The notes: generated by a model from the sequence alone, not told the origin. A stretch of DNA of 64,000 nt from Candidatus Heimdallarchaeota archaeon (GCA_018238155.1 JABCTZ010000037.1:69256-133255); one strand, 5' to 3'. Numbered from the stretch's first letter, positions 30,439-40,994 are shown. Made by a program: numbers and translations.

Positions 30439-30605
30439 GATAGATTTTTTTCAACGGCATCTTTTTTTTAATATTTGTAGAGATTTACAGCAAAAAAAGT
30501 CTCTTTTTGCTTCTTTTTTACTAAAAAATTATAACTGCTTTTAATATAATAGTCAGTACTATACGAATAAGAATATAATAACTCCAACAATAGGAGGATG
30601 TTACT

Positions 30606-31502
30606 ATCAAAAAATTTAAGGGAATATTTGCATCCACACTCACTCCATTTGACAAAAATGATGAAGTAAATTATCAAATATTAGAGAAGCAAATTGAACA
30701 TATTGTAAGCAAAGGTGTTCATGGAATAGTTGCAGCCGGGATAAATGGTGAATTTTCTAGTATGGATTTAATTGAAAGGAAAAAAGTAATTGAGGTATCG
30801 GTAGAAGCAGCTAAAAATCGTGTGCCAGTTATAGCCGGAGCATATTCAACAAGTTGGAAAGAAGCTCTCGAACTGATTAAATTTTCAGAAGAGAAAGGTG
30901 CATCAGCAGCTGTTCTAACTACACCGTTTTTCTTTAGAAGGCCAACAAACGAAGGATTATATCAATATTTTAGTAATATTTTATCTGAAGTAAAGAAATT
31001 TCCAATAATATTATGTAATGTTCCCATTTATTCATTGATAGAACTGAAACACGATTTAATTGAAAGCCTTCTTCTAAAACATAAAAACATTGTTGGAATT
31101 AAAGATATAAGTGGAAAACCTGATAGCATAACAGCCTATTCAGGAGTATTCGAAGATTTATCTGTTCTTATTGGAAGTGATCGGTTAGTTTTTCATGGTC
31201 TCAATATTCAATGTGATGGAGCTGTTAGTGCTATCGCAAGCATTTTTCCAGATTATGTTTTAAAAATTTATAATGCCTATGAAGAAGGAAATATTGATCA
31301 AGCATGGATAGAACAAGAATCCTTGACAGGAATCCGATCTCTGCTGAAGAGATTTCCTTCAAGAGCGGCGCAAAAATTCATCTTTTCAAAAATTGCCGGT
31401 GAAGAATCATACGTTCGTGCTCCATTAAGAAATCTTTCACAAGAAGATAAAGACAATTTGCAGTTTATTCTTGAAGAACATGGGTTACTTTCTTTAGATT
31501 AA
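30606..31502 (+). CDS. DapA/NanA (class I aldolase) family protein, probable ATC start
   Basis: Frame is open from 30594: IKKFKGIFASTLTPFDKNDEVN...AAGINGEFSSM. Schiff-base motif GIKDISG. AGGAGG lies 8 nt before ATC 30606. Confidence 0.85.
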   Translation: MKKFKGIFASTLTPFDKNDEVNYQILEKQIEHIVSKGVHGIVAAGINGEFSSMDLIERKKVIEVSVEAAKNRVPVIAGAYSTSWKEALELIKFSEEKGASAAVLTTPFFFRRPTNEGLYQYFSNILSEVKKFPIILCNVPIYSLIELKHDLIESLLLKHKNIVGIKDISGKPDSITAYSGVFEDLSVLIGSDRLVFHGLNIQCDGAVSAIASIFPDYVLKIYNAYEEGNIDQAWIEQESLTGIRSLLKRFPSRAAQKFIFSKIAGEESYVRAPLRNLSQEDKDNLQFILEEHGLLSLD

Positions 31503-31645
31503 ACAGCAACATTGTAAGCTCTTTCGTGCTCATTCAGCATTCAAGTAAAAATCTGAAACATAACTTCTAATGAAAGTTTTTTATAGTTCAAAAACTGCAA
31601 TTGTTTGAGCTTATATTAATAAATACTAAATTGGAGCTATTTAAA

Positions 31646-32512
31646 ATGTGTAGAAGACAAAAGGAAGACCTACGCTCAGAAGTGGAAAAATTAGGCAAAG
31701 AAACATATTATACAATGTCCGATGGGACAAAGGTAAGAGTACTTGTATTCGATTCAGCCGAAAACATACATGAGTATTCGATATTTGTCATTCCAGGATT
31801 TCTCACGGTTTTTCAAGGATGGGATGATGCAATTGCGCCTCTTTCTAAAGAATACAAAGTTTATTATTTTGAGTCTCGAGAGAAATCTTCAAGCATAATG
31901 CCTAACAAAAGAATTGAACGAAAAGTTACCCTTACAAGAATGGCTTATGATCTTAAAGAAGTCATTGAACAAATGAAGCTTGATAAAACAAAGTACATTA
32001 CTGTTTGTAGTTCTACTGGCGGTACAATACAAATCGAAGCTCTGAGTAATAAATGGATAAATCCACCTGGAGCTGTAATGGTTGGTCCATCTACACAGTA
32101 TAATCTTCACCTCATTGTTCCAATATTGCTTTATATGGTGCCTAATTTCGTTAAGAAAATCTTTATGCCAATCTTTCGATTCTACATGGGAAGATTCCAT
32201 GTTGATAAAAAGAAATATCCGGAACAGTATAGGAAATATGTTCGTGCAGGTGAGGAATCTAATCTTCGAAAGATTCGTAAAGCCATTTGGAAAATGGGTA
32301 ACAAATACAGCTGCTGGGAAATGGTTCCAAAGGTTGAAACAAAAACACTACTGATTGGTGCTACAGAAGATAAAATGCACACCGCAGAGATAACTCAACG
32401 CGTACATGAATTGATGCCGAATTCTGAATATAAGGATCTAGGAACAAATAAAGCTACGCACGGTCAGCCATTAGTTGATATTGTGAAGAAATTCATTAGT
32501 GAATTAAAATAA
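31646..32512 (+). CDS. alpha/beta hydrolase
   Basis: VIPGF oxyanion loop, nucleophile elbow CSSTGG, acid ATED, His in ATHG. Confidence 0.8.
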   Translation: MCRRQKEDLRSEVEKLGKETYYTMSDGTKVRVLVFDSAENIHEYSIFVIPGFLTVFQGWDDAIAPLSKEYKVYYFESREKSSSIMPNKRIERKVTLTRMAYDLKEVIEQMKLDKTKYITVCSSTGGTIQIEALSNKWINPPGAVMVGPSTQYNLHLIVPILLYMVPNFVKKIFMPIFRFYMGRFHVDKKKYPEQYRKYVRAGEESNLRKIRKAIWKMGNKYSCWEMVPKVETKTLLIGATEDKMHTAEITQRVHELMPNSEYKDLGTNKATHGQPLVDIVKKFISELK

Positions 32513-32576
32513 TTATTGACAAAAATAGATGAAAAGAAAGAGTGCTATAGCAACTTTTTCTATTTTCATTCTCTAT

Positions 32577-33260
32577 TTAGAAATCGTCTTCTTCTGAGGC
32601 TGGTTTTCTACAACCTGTTGCTATAGATGAAAATTCGATTATTTTCCACTGACCATTTTTATTTTTACCCACTTGAATAGGAGTTGGATTGTCTTTCCCT
32701 CCACTTTGAATAAAGAGCTTGCCATATTTTCCATCCGAATTAAATGTAAGTAATGACATTGCAAGTTTCTTCTCATTAAATTTGTAATCATCTTTATAAT
32801 TTGCACCAAGATAAGATTTCACTATATTGATATCTTCCGCCATGTGCTTAAACAAATAACGATTCGATTTTCCAAGTTTGAGTCCAGTTAGTGTTGAAGC
32901 ATCCTTTTGATTGTGTTTCTTTGATAAAACAACAGTAGCCATAGGGTCACCAATTTCTGGATCAAGGCAATAATTATATGCAGCAATTAGCAAATGAAAT
33001 ACAGATTGTGCAGGATCAGAAGCATTTTTCTCCCAGCTTTTCTTGAATTTATCAAAATCAGTTATCATAGTCCCAGTGATTTTTTTAGACACTTTCATTC
33101 CACCATATTGTTTTGCAACAGTTCTATCACTATTTTCTTGAGCTTCACTTTCAGCTTTACTTATAGCCTTTTTAGCTTCTTTTTCTGCAGCATCTTCTGC
33201 AGAATCACGTACCACTTTTTTTACAGCTCTTGAAGCTTTTCTACGTATCTTGTCAAACAT
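32577..33260 (-). CDS. conserved hypothetical protein
   Basis: Long ORF. The C-terminal SGGKDNPTPI...GQWKIIEFSSIATGCRKP resembles an uncharacterised bacterial family. Confidence 0.7.
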   Translation of the reverse strand: MFDKIRRKASRAVKKVVRDSAEDAAEKEAKKAISKAESEAQENSDRTVAKQYGGMKVSKKITGTMITDFDKFKKSWEKNASDPAQSVFHLLIAAYNYCLDPEIGDPMATVVLSKKHNQKDASTLTGLKLGKSNRYLFKHMAEDINIVKSYLGANYKDDYKFNEKKLAMSLLTFNSDGKYGKLFIQSGGKDNPTPIQVGKNKNGQWKIIEFSSIATGCRKPASEEDDF

Positions 33261-33381
33261 TTATACCACATCATTATTTAAAAAATAGATGTTTTTTACA
33301 TAAGACTCCATATTTCTATCAATAAAGTAGCCTTACTCAAATTATATTTCTTTCTATTTAAGATTTATAAAGAATGGATGC

Positions 33382-34929
33382 TCATTTGATATCTGCTAAT
33401 TCTTCGTAGAGATTATTCTGTTTCATCGTTGTGTAAAGTTTGTTGTAAACATTGTAATATTTCAGGTATTTTTTCGCATTTTCCAAGATTGGTTTACGCT
33501 TTTCTTCAATGATTACCATTTCTTCTGCCGCTGCAGCAATATTTTTGTATAATCCCCCACCAACCCCAGCTAAAATTGCTGCACCCAAAGCAGTTGCTTC
33601 TTCTACTTTTCCTTTGATAACAGGCACATTGCATATATCAGCTTCGATTTGGTTCCAAATAGCATTTCGCGAAGCTCCACCAGTAATTCTTAATTCATCA
33701 ATTACAACACCAAGTTCTTTCATAACTTGCAGATTGGTTTTAATTTCGTAACAAGTAGCTTCCATTATTGCACGAATAATATGACTTCTTTTGTGACCCA
33801 AACTCAAACCAAAAATCAATCCTTTGGCTTTGGGATTCCAATGAGGTGCACCTGCACCAGTAAAGTGAGGTAACACCATAACTCCTTCTGAACCAGGAGA
33901 AATTGATTCTGCTTGCATACCCAATAAATCATATGAATCTAAATTGAGATTTGGAGCGAGACTTTTTTCAGCTGAAGAAAAATTATCTCTAAACCACCTT
34001 AAAATAGAACCTGTTGTGAAGATACTTGCTTCGTAAACATATTTACCCGGAATTGTATGACAACTACATAGGACTCTTCTTTTTGAATCTCGTGTACTTT
34101 TATCCAAAAATGCTAGAAGAAAGGTTCCTGTGCCAGTAGTTGCTTTTACTCTCCCTTGTTTTATAACACCAACACCTAAAGCAGCACATTGTTGATCACC
34201 GCCTCCAGCAATAATTGGCAATCCTTCGGGCAAACCAGTTTCAACAGCAGCCTTCTTTGTTAATCCACCTATTTTAGTGCCAGAAGGCATCGGTTTTGGC
34301 AGTTTTTCTTTTGGAATATCTAAAGCATTTAAAATCTTATCAGACCAAACCAATTTTTTTATATCAAAAAGCATTGTTCGCGAAGCATTACTAAAATCGG
34401 TAATAAATTCGTCTGTCAATTTCATTTGAACGTAATCATGAACTAACAAGAATTTGTGAGTGTTTTGAGAAATCTTTGGAAGATGCTGTTGTATCCAAAG
34501 TATTTTTGGTGCAGAGAAATAGGGATCAACAGTCAATCCAGTAATTTCATAAATTTTTTCAGAACCAATTTTTTCTACAATTGCTTTACATTCATTAATT
34601 GTTCGCCTATCTTGCCATACAATTGCTCGAGAGAGGGAGTCCCCTTCAACATCTACAGGTACAATTGTTTCTCTCTGATTTGTTACACTTGCACTAATAA
34701 TGTTTGATTGAGTGATTTTTGATTTAGTAAGCACTTCTTTAATAGTATTTTTTGTTACAATCCACCAATCCTCAGCATTTTGTTCAACCTCATTGGGAGT
34801 TGGAAAGAAGCAATCGTATTCTTGATACGCACTTTCAACAATCTCTCCTTTTTGATTGAAGAGAATTGATCTTCCCCCAGTTGTTCCAATATCAATGCTT
34901 AAGAGAAATCGGTCTTTTTTATTACTCAC
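33382..34929 (-). CDS. FGGY carbohydrate kinase (xylulokinase/glycerol kinase-like)
   Basis: SIDIGTTGGR, VTNQRET, AIVWQDRRT, TDFSNASRTML, GGGDQQCAA, ITGGASRN. Confidence 0.92.
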   Translation of the reverse strand: MSNKKDRFLLSIDIGTTGGRSILFNQKGEIVESAYQEYDCFFPTPNEVEQNAEDWWIVTKNTIKEVLTKSKITQSNIISASVTNQRETIVPVDVEGDSLSRAIVWQDRRTINECKAIVEKIGSEKIYEITGLTVDPYFSAPKILWIQQHLPKISQNTHKFLLVHDYVQMKLTDEFITDFSNASRTMLFDIKKLVWSDKILNALDIPKEKLPKPMPSGTKIGGLTKKAAVETGLPEGLPIIAGGGDQQCAALGVGVIKQGRVKATTGTGTFLLAFLDKSTRDSKRRVLCSCHTIPGKYVYEASIFTTGSILRWFRDNFSSAEKSLAPNLNLDSYDLLGMQAESISPGSEGVMVLPHFTGAGAPHWNPKAKGLIFGLSLGHKRSHIIRAIMEATCYEIKTNLQVMKELGVVIDELRITGGASRNAIWNQIEADICNVPVIKGKVEEATALGAAILAGVGGGLYKNIAAAAEEMVIIEEKRKPILENAKKYLKYYNVYNKLYTTMKQNNLYEELADIK

Positions 34930-34973
34930 GTTTATCCACCATTTTAATGAACAGCTTTGCAGCTATTTTGTTT

Positions 34974-35780
34974 TCATTGAATATGTTTCTTACTATTAAT
35001 AACTCGATTTTTCTTAGCTAAAATGAAAAAGCGCTGACTTGTTGTTTCGAAATACCCTTTCTTCTCAATTTCATAATGCATTTCTTTCAATTTGCTTAGA
35101 TATTTTTCAATCGTGAAATCAGGCAGTTGCCAAGGGATTGCTTTAAAATAGTAAACAATTGCACCAATATCAAAAGCTTTCGTTTTTGGCGAGTTTTCCT
35201 CCTCTTGAAGAATTGTAAATCCTACATCTCTCAATCCCTTTGCAGCATATTTTAGATTCCATTCAGAAGGCTGAGATATAATATCAATAGGTGCTTCAAG
35301 AAAAGCATTGAACTCCAAATCATTTTCTCCTCCAACTTGCTGAGTGACAAACAAACCGCCTTTCTTTAAGATTCTAAAAACTTCTTTAGGTGAATAGAAT
35401 TCATGCCTATTGATAATAAGATCAAATTTTTCATCTTCAAAAGGAAGTTTTTCATCATCTTCATCTATTTCAACAACTTTCACAGAAATTGGTTCAAGTT
35501 TTTTCTGAGCTACAAACACATTTGGTTTATACGCTTCCGTAGCATACGTATCCTTAGGTAAAGGTTGCAACGAATACAATAATTCTCCACCACCAGTTCC
35601 CATATCAAGTAATGAATTTGCAGATCGAATTAATGGAATAACTCTACTTTGATAACTCCAAGTTAGAGGTTCCATAACCATACGACCTTCAATATATGAA
35701 AAATCCCATCCAGAGAAATGATGCTTTGCATTATCCAAAAACAATTCAAATAGTTCTTCAGAGGTAAAATTTTCATTCAT
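34974..35780 (-). CDS. class I SAM-dependent methyltransferase
   Basis: LLDMGTGGGE, LPFEDEKFDLIINRH, FSGWDFS. Confidence 0.9.
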   Translation of the reverse strand: MNENFTSEELFELFLDNAKHHFSGWDFSYIEGRMVMEPLTWSYQSRVIPLIRSANSLLDMGTGGGELLYSLQPLPKDTYATEAYKPNVFVAQKKLEPISVKVVEIDEDDEKLPFEDEKFDLIINRHEFYSPKEVFRILKKGGLFVTQQVGGENDLEFNAFLEAPIDIISQPSEWNLKYAAKGLRDVGFTILQEEENSPKTKAFDIGAIVYYFKAIPWQLPDFTIEKYLSKLKEMHYEIEKKGYFETTSQRFFILAKKNRVINSKKHIQ

Positions 35781-35969
35781 GATAATTCATTTCCCAAAGA
35801 ATAGTCTTATATTTTACCTTTAAACTATTTCTTCAAGAAGCAAAATTTGCTAGAGATCTAATCTTTGTTACTTTATGGATATGCGCTATCCACAAGGTTC
35901 AAAATATGATGTATCTCTATTGTATTAAGATAATACAAATTTAGCATTAAAAGTGGATGGTTTTTAAAA

Positions 35970-36977
35970 TTGAAGATATTCTTTGACGAAACACAAAAAG
36001 AAAGGGGAAAAATAAACACTAACTATTCTATCCTTCGAGATTCTTTGAGAAGTGAAGGTTTTCAGATAGAAGTGTACGATGATTTCCCAATTTCAGCAAA
36101 GTCTTTGAAATGTGATGTATTTGTCTTTGCTTGCCCAGATGGGTCGAAATTAGCAAAAAATGAAATTGATGTTATATTCAATTTTGTTGAAAAAGGAGGA
36201 GGACTACTTGTTATTAGTAATGCAGGTGGAGATCGTGGATTAAGAACAAATATGAATGAAGTTTTGAATAGATTTGGTATTGAAATGTTATCAGATCAAG
36301 TCAAAGATGAAGCTAACAATGAATTTAATATGCCTACTCATCCTGTAATAAAAGATATTAAAAATCACCCGATTTGCTCTGGTGTATCAGAAGTTGTTGT
36401 TGTTGCAGGAAGTTCAATTAGAGGCTCCTCAAATATGAAAGGGTTGGCTTATACATCTCCCGCTGCAGATCCACCTAACTCACCAATAGTTGTTGCTGGG
36501 AATTTCAAGAATGGAAGAGTGGTAGCTGTTGGTTCATACCGATTATTTTCAAATTATGGAGCAGGATTATCTCTTCGAAATAACAAAACATTTGCGATGA
36601 ATATTTTTAGATGGTTAGCTGGTGAAACAACAGGCAAAGGAGCAGTAGCAACATCTACTCAAACGCTTCCATCCTCTTCCACTGTTCAATCACAAGTTAG
36701 TGCTGTTGTTCCCCCAAAACAAAAAACCACAACTACTTCAAAGAAAGCTTCACCTATTCCACCCACACCAACCAGTATAACAAGTAATTCGGCAATTGCA
36801 ACTACAGGACCAGCAAGTAACCAAGCAGTAATTCAAGAAATAGAAGGACTAAAATCTGAAATATCTGAAATGCGAGATATCATTGCTCGATTGTATACAG
36901 ATTCCCTTGGTTATCTTCAAGAAATGAAAGAAGAAGTAAGAGCTATGCTCGATTATATTCGTACTAAAGAAGGGTAA
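35970..36977 (+). CDS. cytoplasmic GIFT-domain (IFT52-like) protein with P/S/T linker and C-terminal helical region
   Basis: IFFDETQKE...NYSILRDSLRS...FVEKGGGLLVISNAGGD...TNMNEVLNRFGI...GRVVAVGS...NIFRWL. No signal peptide. Confidence 0.75.
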   Translation: MKIFFDETQKERGKINTNYSILRDSLRSEGFQIEVYDDFPISAKSLKCDVFVFACPDGSKLAKNEIDVIFNFVEKGGGLLVISNAGGDRGLRTNMNEVLNRFGIEMLSDQVKDEANNEFNMPTHPVIKDIKNHPICSGVSEVVVVAGSSIRGSSNMKGLAYTSPAADPPNSPIVVAGNFKNGRVVAVGSYRLFSNYGAGLSLRNNKTFAMNIFRWLAGETTGKGAVATSTQTLPSSSTVQSQVSAVVPPKQKTTTTSKKASPIPPTPTSITSNSAIATTGPASNQAVIQEIEGLKSEISEMRDIIARLYTDSLGYLQEMKEEVRAMLDYIRTKEG

Positions 36978-37090
36978 TTTTTTCCTTTCTTTCTATTTTC
37001 AATTATTTTTTTAATTTAAAACATTACATTATTAATTCAGATGTGTATTAAGCAATAATACGAACAAATTCAAAATTGACGGTTTAGATC

Positions 37091-38875
37091 ATGAAATACT
37101 CCATTTTGTCTGATATTTTCAAGAAACTCGATTCAACCACAAAAAGATTGGAAATGATTGAAATACTAATTGAATTATTTAATAAAACACCGATTGAAAA
37201 TTTCCGTCATGTTATTTATCTAACTTCCGGAAAAATCGGAGCAGATTATAAAAATCTTGATTTTGGTTTTGCCGATAAAATGGTTATAAAAGTAATTGCA
37301 AAAGCAGTGGGTAAACCTGTAAAACAAATTTCAGATTTGTATAAGCAAATTGGAGATTTAGGGGAAGTAGCAGAATTGTTGATTAAAGAAACAGGTCAAC
37401 AACATCTTGGAGCCTTTTTTCAAACAACAACTTCAAAACAGAAAAATTCTCTAACAATAGAAGACGTTTGGAATAATCTACATAAAATAGTAAATACAGA
37501 AGGAAAGGGTTCTGCAAGTAAAAAAACCAATATTTTACTGGGTATGTTTTCAGAAGCTTCACCGAATGAAGCTAAATATATTACTAGAACTGTTCTAACT
37601 CAACTAAGATTAGGTGTGAAGGATCTTACGATTATTGAGGCATTATCAAGAAAGTTTGGTGATGGAAAAGAAGCACGAGTTAAGATTGAACGAGCATATA
37701 ATGTTACAAGTGATATTGGTGAAGTGGGCGAAGTTCTTGCACGGAATGGGATGGAAGGAATTGAAAAAATAACCATTCAAGTCGGTCGCCCTATAAGAAT
37801 GATGGCTGCTCAAAGAATGGCATCTATTGAAGAAATATTAGAGAAACTAGGCGGAGAATGTGCTCTTGAATTCAAATATGATGGAGAAAGAGTACAAGGA
37901 CATATTCTTAATGATGATGTTTCTTTATATTCTAGAAATTTGAATGAAATTTCTAGTATGTATCCTGATGTAGAAAAAGCATTAAAGAACAGTCTTAAAT
38001 CTAAGGATATCATTGTTGAAGGAGAAATCACAGCATGGGATCCTGTTGATGAGAAACTAAAACCATTTCAAATTTTGATGTCAAGAAAACGAAAATATGG
38101 CATCAATGAAGCAGTTCAATCTATACCAGTAAAAGTTTTCCTTTTTGATATTCTCTATATTGATGGAGAAAGTTTACTAGAAAAATCTTATCCTCAACGA
38201 AGGAAAATACTCGAATCTAACATTTTGGATAACGACATTATTGTCCTATCTTCAAGGAAAATAGTCTCTTCTCCGGTTTTATTTGAAGAGTATTTCGAAA
38301 ATGCAATTGAGAATGGTTGCGAAGGGATTATGGCAAAGGATACTCGAGATGAAACACAATATCAAGCAGGGAACAGAGGATTCCTTTGGATAAAGCATAA
38401 ATTTGACTATTCAGAATCTTTTGCTGATAGTTATGATTTTATTGTTGTGGGAGGATTTTACGGCAAGGGAAGACGGAAAGGCACTTTAGGAACTTTGTTA
38501 ATGGCTGCATTTAATGCTGAAGAAGAGCGTTTTGAAACTGTATGTAAATTAGGTTCAGGTTTCACAGATGAAGACTTAGCTAAAGTTACTGAAGATCTTA
38601 TGAAGCTAAAAGTTGAACAAAGACCTAAAGATGTCATTTCAAAAATGACACCTGATGTTTGGATTCAACCTACCAAAGTGTACGAAATCCAAGGCGCAGA
38701 TCTCTCTACAAGTCCTATTCATACATGTGCATTGGATGAAATAAAGAAAGATACGGGAATTGCAATCCGATTTCCGCGATTTATTAGATTTAGGGATGAT
38801 AAAAATCCTGACCAAGCAACCACAACTAGCGAGATAATCAATGCTTATAAAAACCAAAGAACAAAAAACAGATGA
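37091..38875 (+). CDS. lig: ATP-dependent DNA ligase
   Basis: Motif I EFKYDGERVQ, EGEI, FLFDILY, EGIMAK, WIKHK, RFPRFIRFRDDK. Confidence 0.97.
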   Translation: MKYSILSDIFKKLDSTTKRLEMIEILIELFNKTPIENFRHVIYLTSGKIGADYKNLDFGFADKMVIKVIAKAVGKPVKQISDLYKQIGDLGEVAELLIKETGQQHLGAFFQTTTSKQKNSLTIEDVWNNLHKIVNTEGKGSASKKTNILLGMFSEASPNEAKYITRTVLTQLRLGVKDLTIIEALSRKFGDGKEARVKIERAYNVTSDIGEVGEVLARNGMEGIEKITIQVGRPIRMMAAQRMASIEEILEKLGGECALEFKYDGERVQGHILNDDVSLYSRNLNEISSMYPDVEKALKNSLKSKDIIVEGEITAWDPVDEKLKPFQILMSRKRKYGINEAVQSIPVKVFLFDILYIDGESLLEKSYPQRRKILESNILDNDIIVLSSRKIVSSPVLFEEYFENAIENGCEGIMAKDTRDETQYQAGNRGFLWIKHKFDYSESFADSYDFIVVGGFYGKGRRKGTLGTLLMAAFNAEEERFETVCKLGSGFTDEDLAKVTEDLMKLKVEQRPKDVISKMTPDVWIQPTKVYEIQGADLSTSPIHTCALDEIKKDTGIAIRFPRFIRFRDDKNPDQATTTSEIINAYKNQRTKNR

Positions 38876-38954
38876 AAAGCTCAAAGCGAAACTTTGAATA
38901 AAGAAGATTAAATATAACATATAGTTGATTATGTTAATCAACGGAGGAAAAACT

Positions 38955-39569
38955 ATGTCTAATTTGGATAACGAAGAACAAACTGAAGAAACTTTGGCAT
39001 TTGAAAATTTACTAACGAAAATTGAAATCGGTGGGAAAGAAATACTATCTGAAGAAATTACTCCTAAAAAGGCTCTTAAACATATTCGCACAATTATCAA
39101 CGAATATGAGGATTATCAAACTGTACCAAATAGAAGACAATCAGATGTCGTTTTTAGAAGCTACATTACCAAACAAATAAATTCAACAAATGATAAAATG
39201 AAACAGATTCATTCTCTTTTAATTGAGAAACAACAAATGTCCTCTTGGGCGATTACTGAACGCTTAATTGATGAATATGCATCTTTTTCAAGACAAGTTG
39301 ACAAAGGTGGATATGGGTTCACAACGTTCTTTGATAATCCTAAATTACTTGAAATGGATATTTCTCAATTATATTTGATTGATTTTGAAATGGTAGAATC
39401 TCTTAAAATTATGCGACAACGCACTTCAGCTTTTATGAAAGTAATCAATATGGATTATTTTGAAGATATTGATTTATGGATGGAAACTCTAGATCGTTTA
39501 ATTGGAAGAGTAATCAAATTATTTGATGATAGAGCAAAATTAGTAGGGTCATATGAAAGGATTTCCTAA
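38955..39569 (+). CDS. conserved hypothetical helical protein
   Basis: RRQSDVVFRSY...GYGFTTFFD...LYLID pattern resembles an uncharacterised prokaryotic family. GGAGG SD before ATG 38955. Confidence 0.7.
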   Translation: MSNLDNEEQTEETLAFENLLTKIEIGGKEILSEEITPKKALKHIRTIINEYEDYQTVPNRRQSDVVFRSYITKQINSTNDKMKQIHSLLIEKQQMSSWAITERLIDEYASFSRQVDKGGYGFTTFFDNPKLLEMDISQLYLIDFEMVESLKIMRQRTSAFMKVINMDYFEDIDLWMETLDRLIGRVIKLFDDRAKLVGSYERIS

Positions 39570-39572
39570 TAA

Positions 39573-39893
39573 TTATTCCTCGTTTTTTCTTTTTTCTTCC
39601 AAGAGTTTCTCTAGAATTAATGTCTTTGCCACATTACTTATTTTTACTATCTTATTTCTTGATGTTTGACCGGCAGTGATCTCAAAATTAGATAAGGGGA
39701 TTTTAAAAAAATTCGAGAGAATTTTTAATAATTCCTTATTTGCCTTGCCTTTATCAGGTGGAGCAAGAAGACGAATAAACAAGTAATTTTCTTTAGGTTC
39801 AATAATCAATTCTTGTCTTCTGCTATTTGGTTTTACAGCTATTTTCAATAGTATACTTTCTTTAGTTTCTTGTATGAACTTCAACTCATCCAT
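39573..39893 (-). CDS. DUF167 (YggU/UPF0235) protein
   Basis: VKPNSRR, APPDKGKANKELL, GQTSRNKIV. Confidence 0.9.
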   Translation of the reverse strand: MDELKFIQETKESILLKIAVKPNSRRQELIIEPKENYLFIRLLAPPDKGKANKELLKILSNFFKIPLSNFEITAGQTSRNKIVKISNVAKTLILEKLLEEKRKNEE

Positions 39894-40915
39894 TAAGCAA
39901 AATCCCTCATCATTTTCTCCGCTCTACGCAACATTTTAGCTGCATCTCTTGGTGAAGTATGTTTTGGGTTTTCAGCTTTGGATGATTTTGATAAAACGAA
40001 TAGGTGTAAATCATCTTCTTCAAGCATATGTTTAATTTTGATGATTTGATCTATCGTAGCTTCATCCTTTTTCAAAGGCATCCAGTCATTAGGTTTTTTC
40101 ATTCGTAAGAAACAAACAAAGAATGGGAATTTATTCCCCATATATTCATTTATTGTTACTTGTATAGCTAAAGAATCAAATGATTTTGGAGCATCTTCAA
40201 ATTCGATCATAAATCGAACATTGACAGGGAGCATTATTTCTCCTTCAGATGAAGACTTATCCTTAATTGGTTTTAATTGTACAGCTGCTTCTGTGACAAA
40301 CTCTACAGCATCTAAAAGGTCTACTTTAGAAAATTGATAATAAAATAGTATTTTTCTAAGAATATCGGGGCTCCAAACTTCAATGCGTACTGTGAACCAA
40401 ATTGGAATCATCAGAAGATAAATATCAAGTAAAAATATCATTGTGGAAAAATATAAGCGATTACTAAATGCAAGAACCAGTAGATATATGACTGTTGTTC
40501 CAGCAATTGATCCAAAAAAGACCCATTTCCCTTTTGATTTTGACAAGTCAAAAATTTCTGCTATTGATTTTTCCTTTAGTTTTCTTTTATTAATAATATT
40601 AAATACATTTGATAATTGCTTCATACTAGTGTCTTGCCATATTGGGGCAGCAGCATCTAATTTTGGCTCTTCAGAAATGTTCATTCTTTCTGGAAAGATA
40701 AAAAGAAGTGCAATAATAATTAGAACCAATCCAACAAAAAATGGTATAAAAGAGATTTTTTTTAATTCGTATGGAAAAATCCCATTAATCGGTATAAAAA
40801 TTTGTAACATTACTCCTGCAATGACAAAAAAAAATGCACAGACTATTCTAATTATTGGATGAATAGTTTTGAATATTTTAAAATCGGTTTTCGTAATATT
40901 TAACTCTACCATCAC
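39893..40915 (-). CDS. membrane protein (4 TM plus soluble C-domain)
   Basis: Two hydrophobic hairpins. 1-nt overlap with the DUF167 gene. Confidence 0.7.
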   Translation of the reverse strand: MMVELNITKTDFKIFKTIHPIIRIVCAFFFVIAGVMLQIFIPINGIFPYELKKISFIPFFVGLVLIIIALLFIFPERMNISEEPKLDAAAPIWQDTSMKQLSNVFNIINKRKLKEKSIAEIFDLSKSKGKWVFFGSIAGTTVIYLLVLAFSNRLYFSTMIFLLDIYLLMIPIWFTVRIEVWSPDILRKILFYYQFSKVDLLDAVEFVTEAAVQLKPIKDKSSSEGEIMLPVNVRFMIEFEDAPKSFDSLAIQVTINEYMGNKFPFFVCFLRMKKPNDWMPLKKDEATIDQIIKIKHMLEEDDLHLFVLSKSSKAENPKHTSPRDAAKMLRRAEKMMRDFA

Positions 40916-40994
40916 TCACACCTGCTATTCTAATTTAAGTAGAATATTTCAGTTAAAATTTATTGGGTAAGTTTTGTATTTTGTTTTAATAGTA

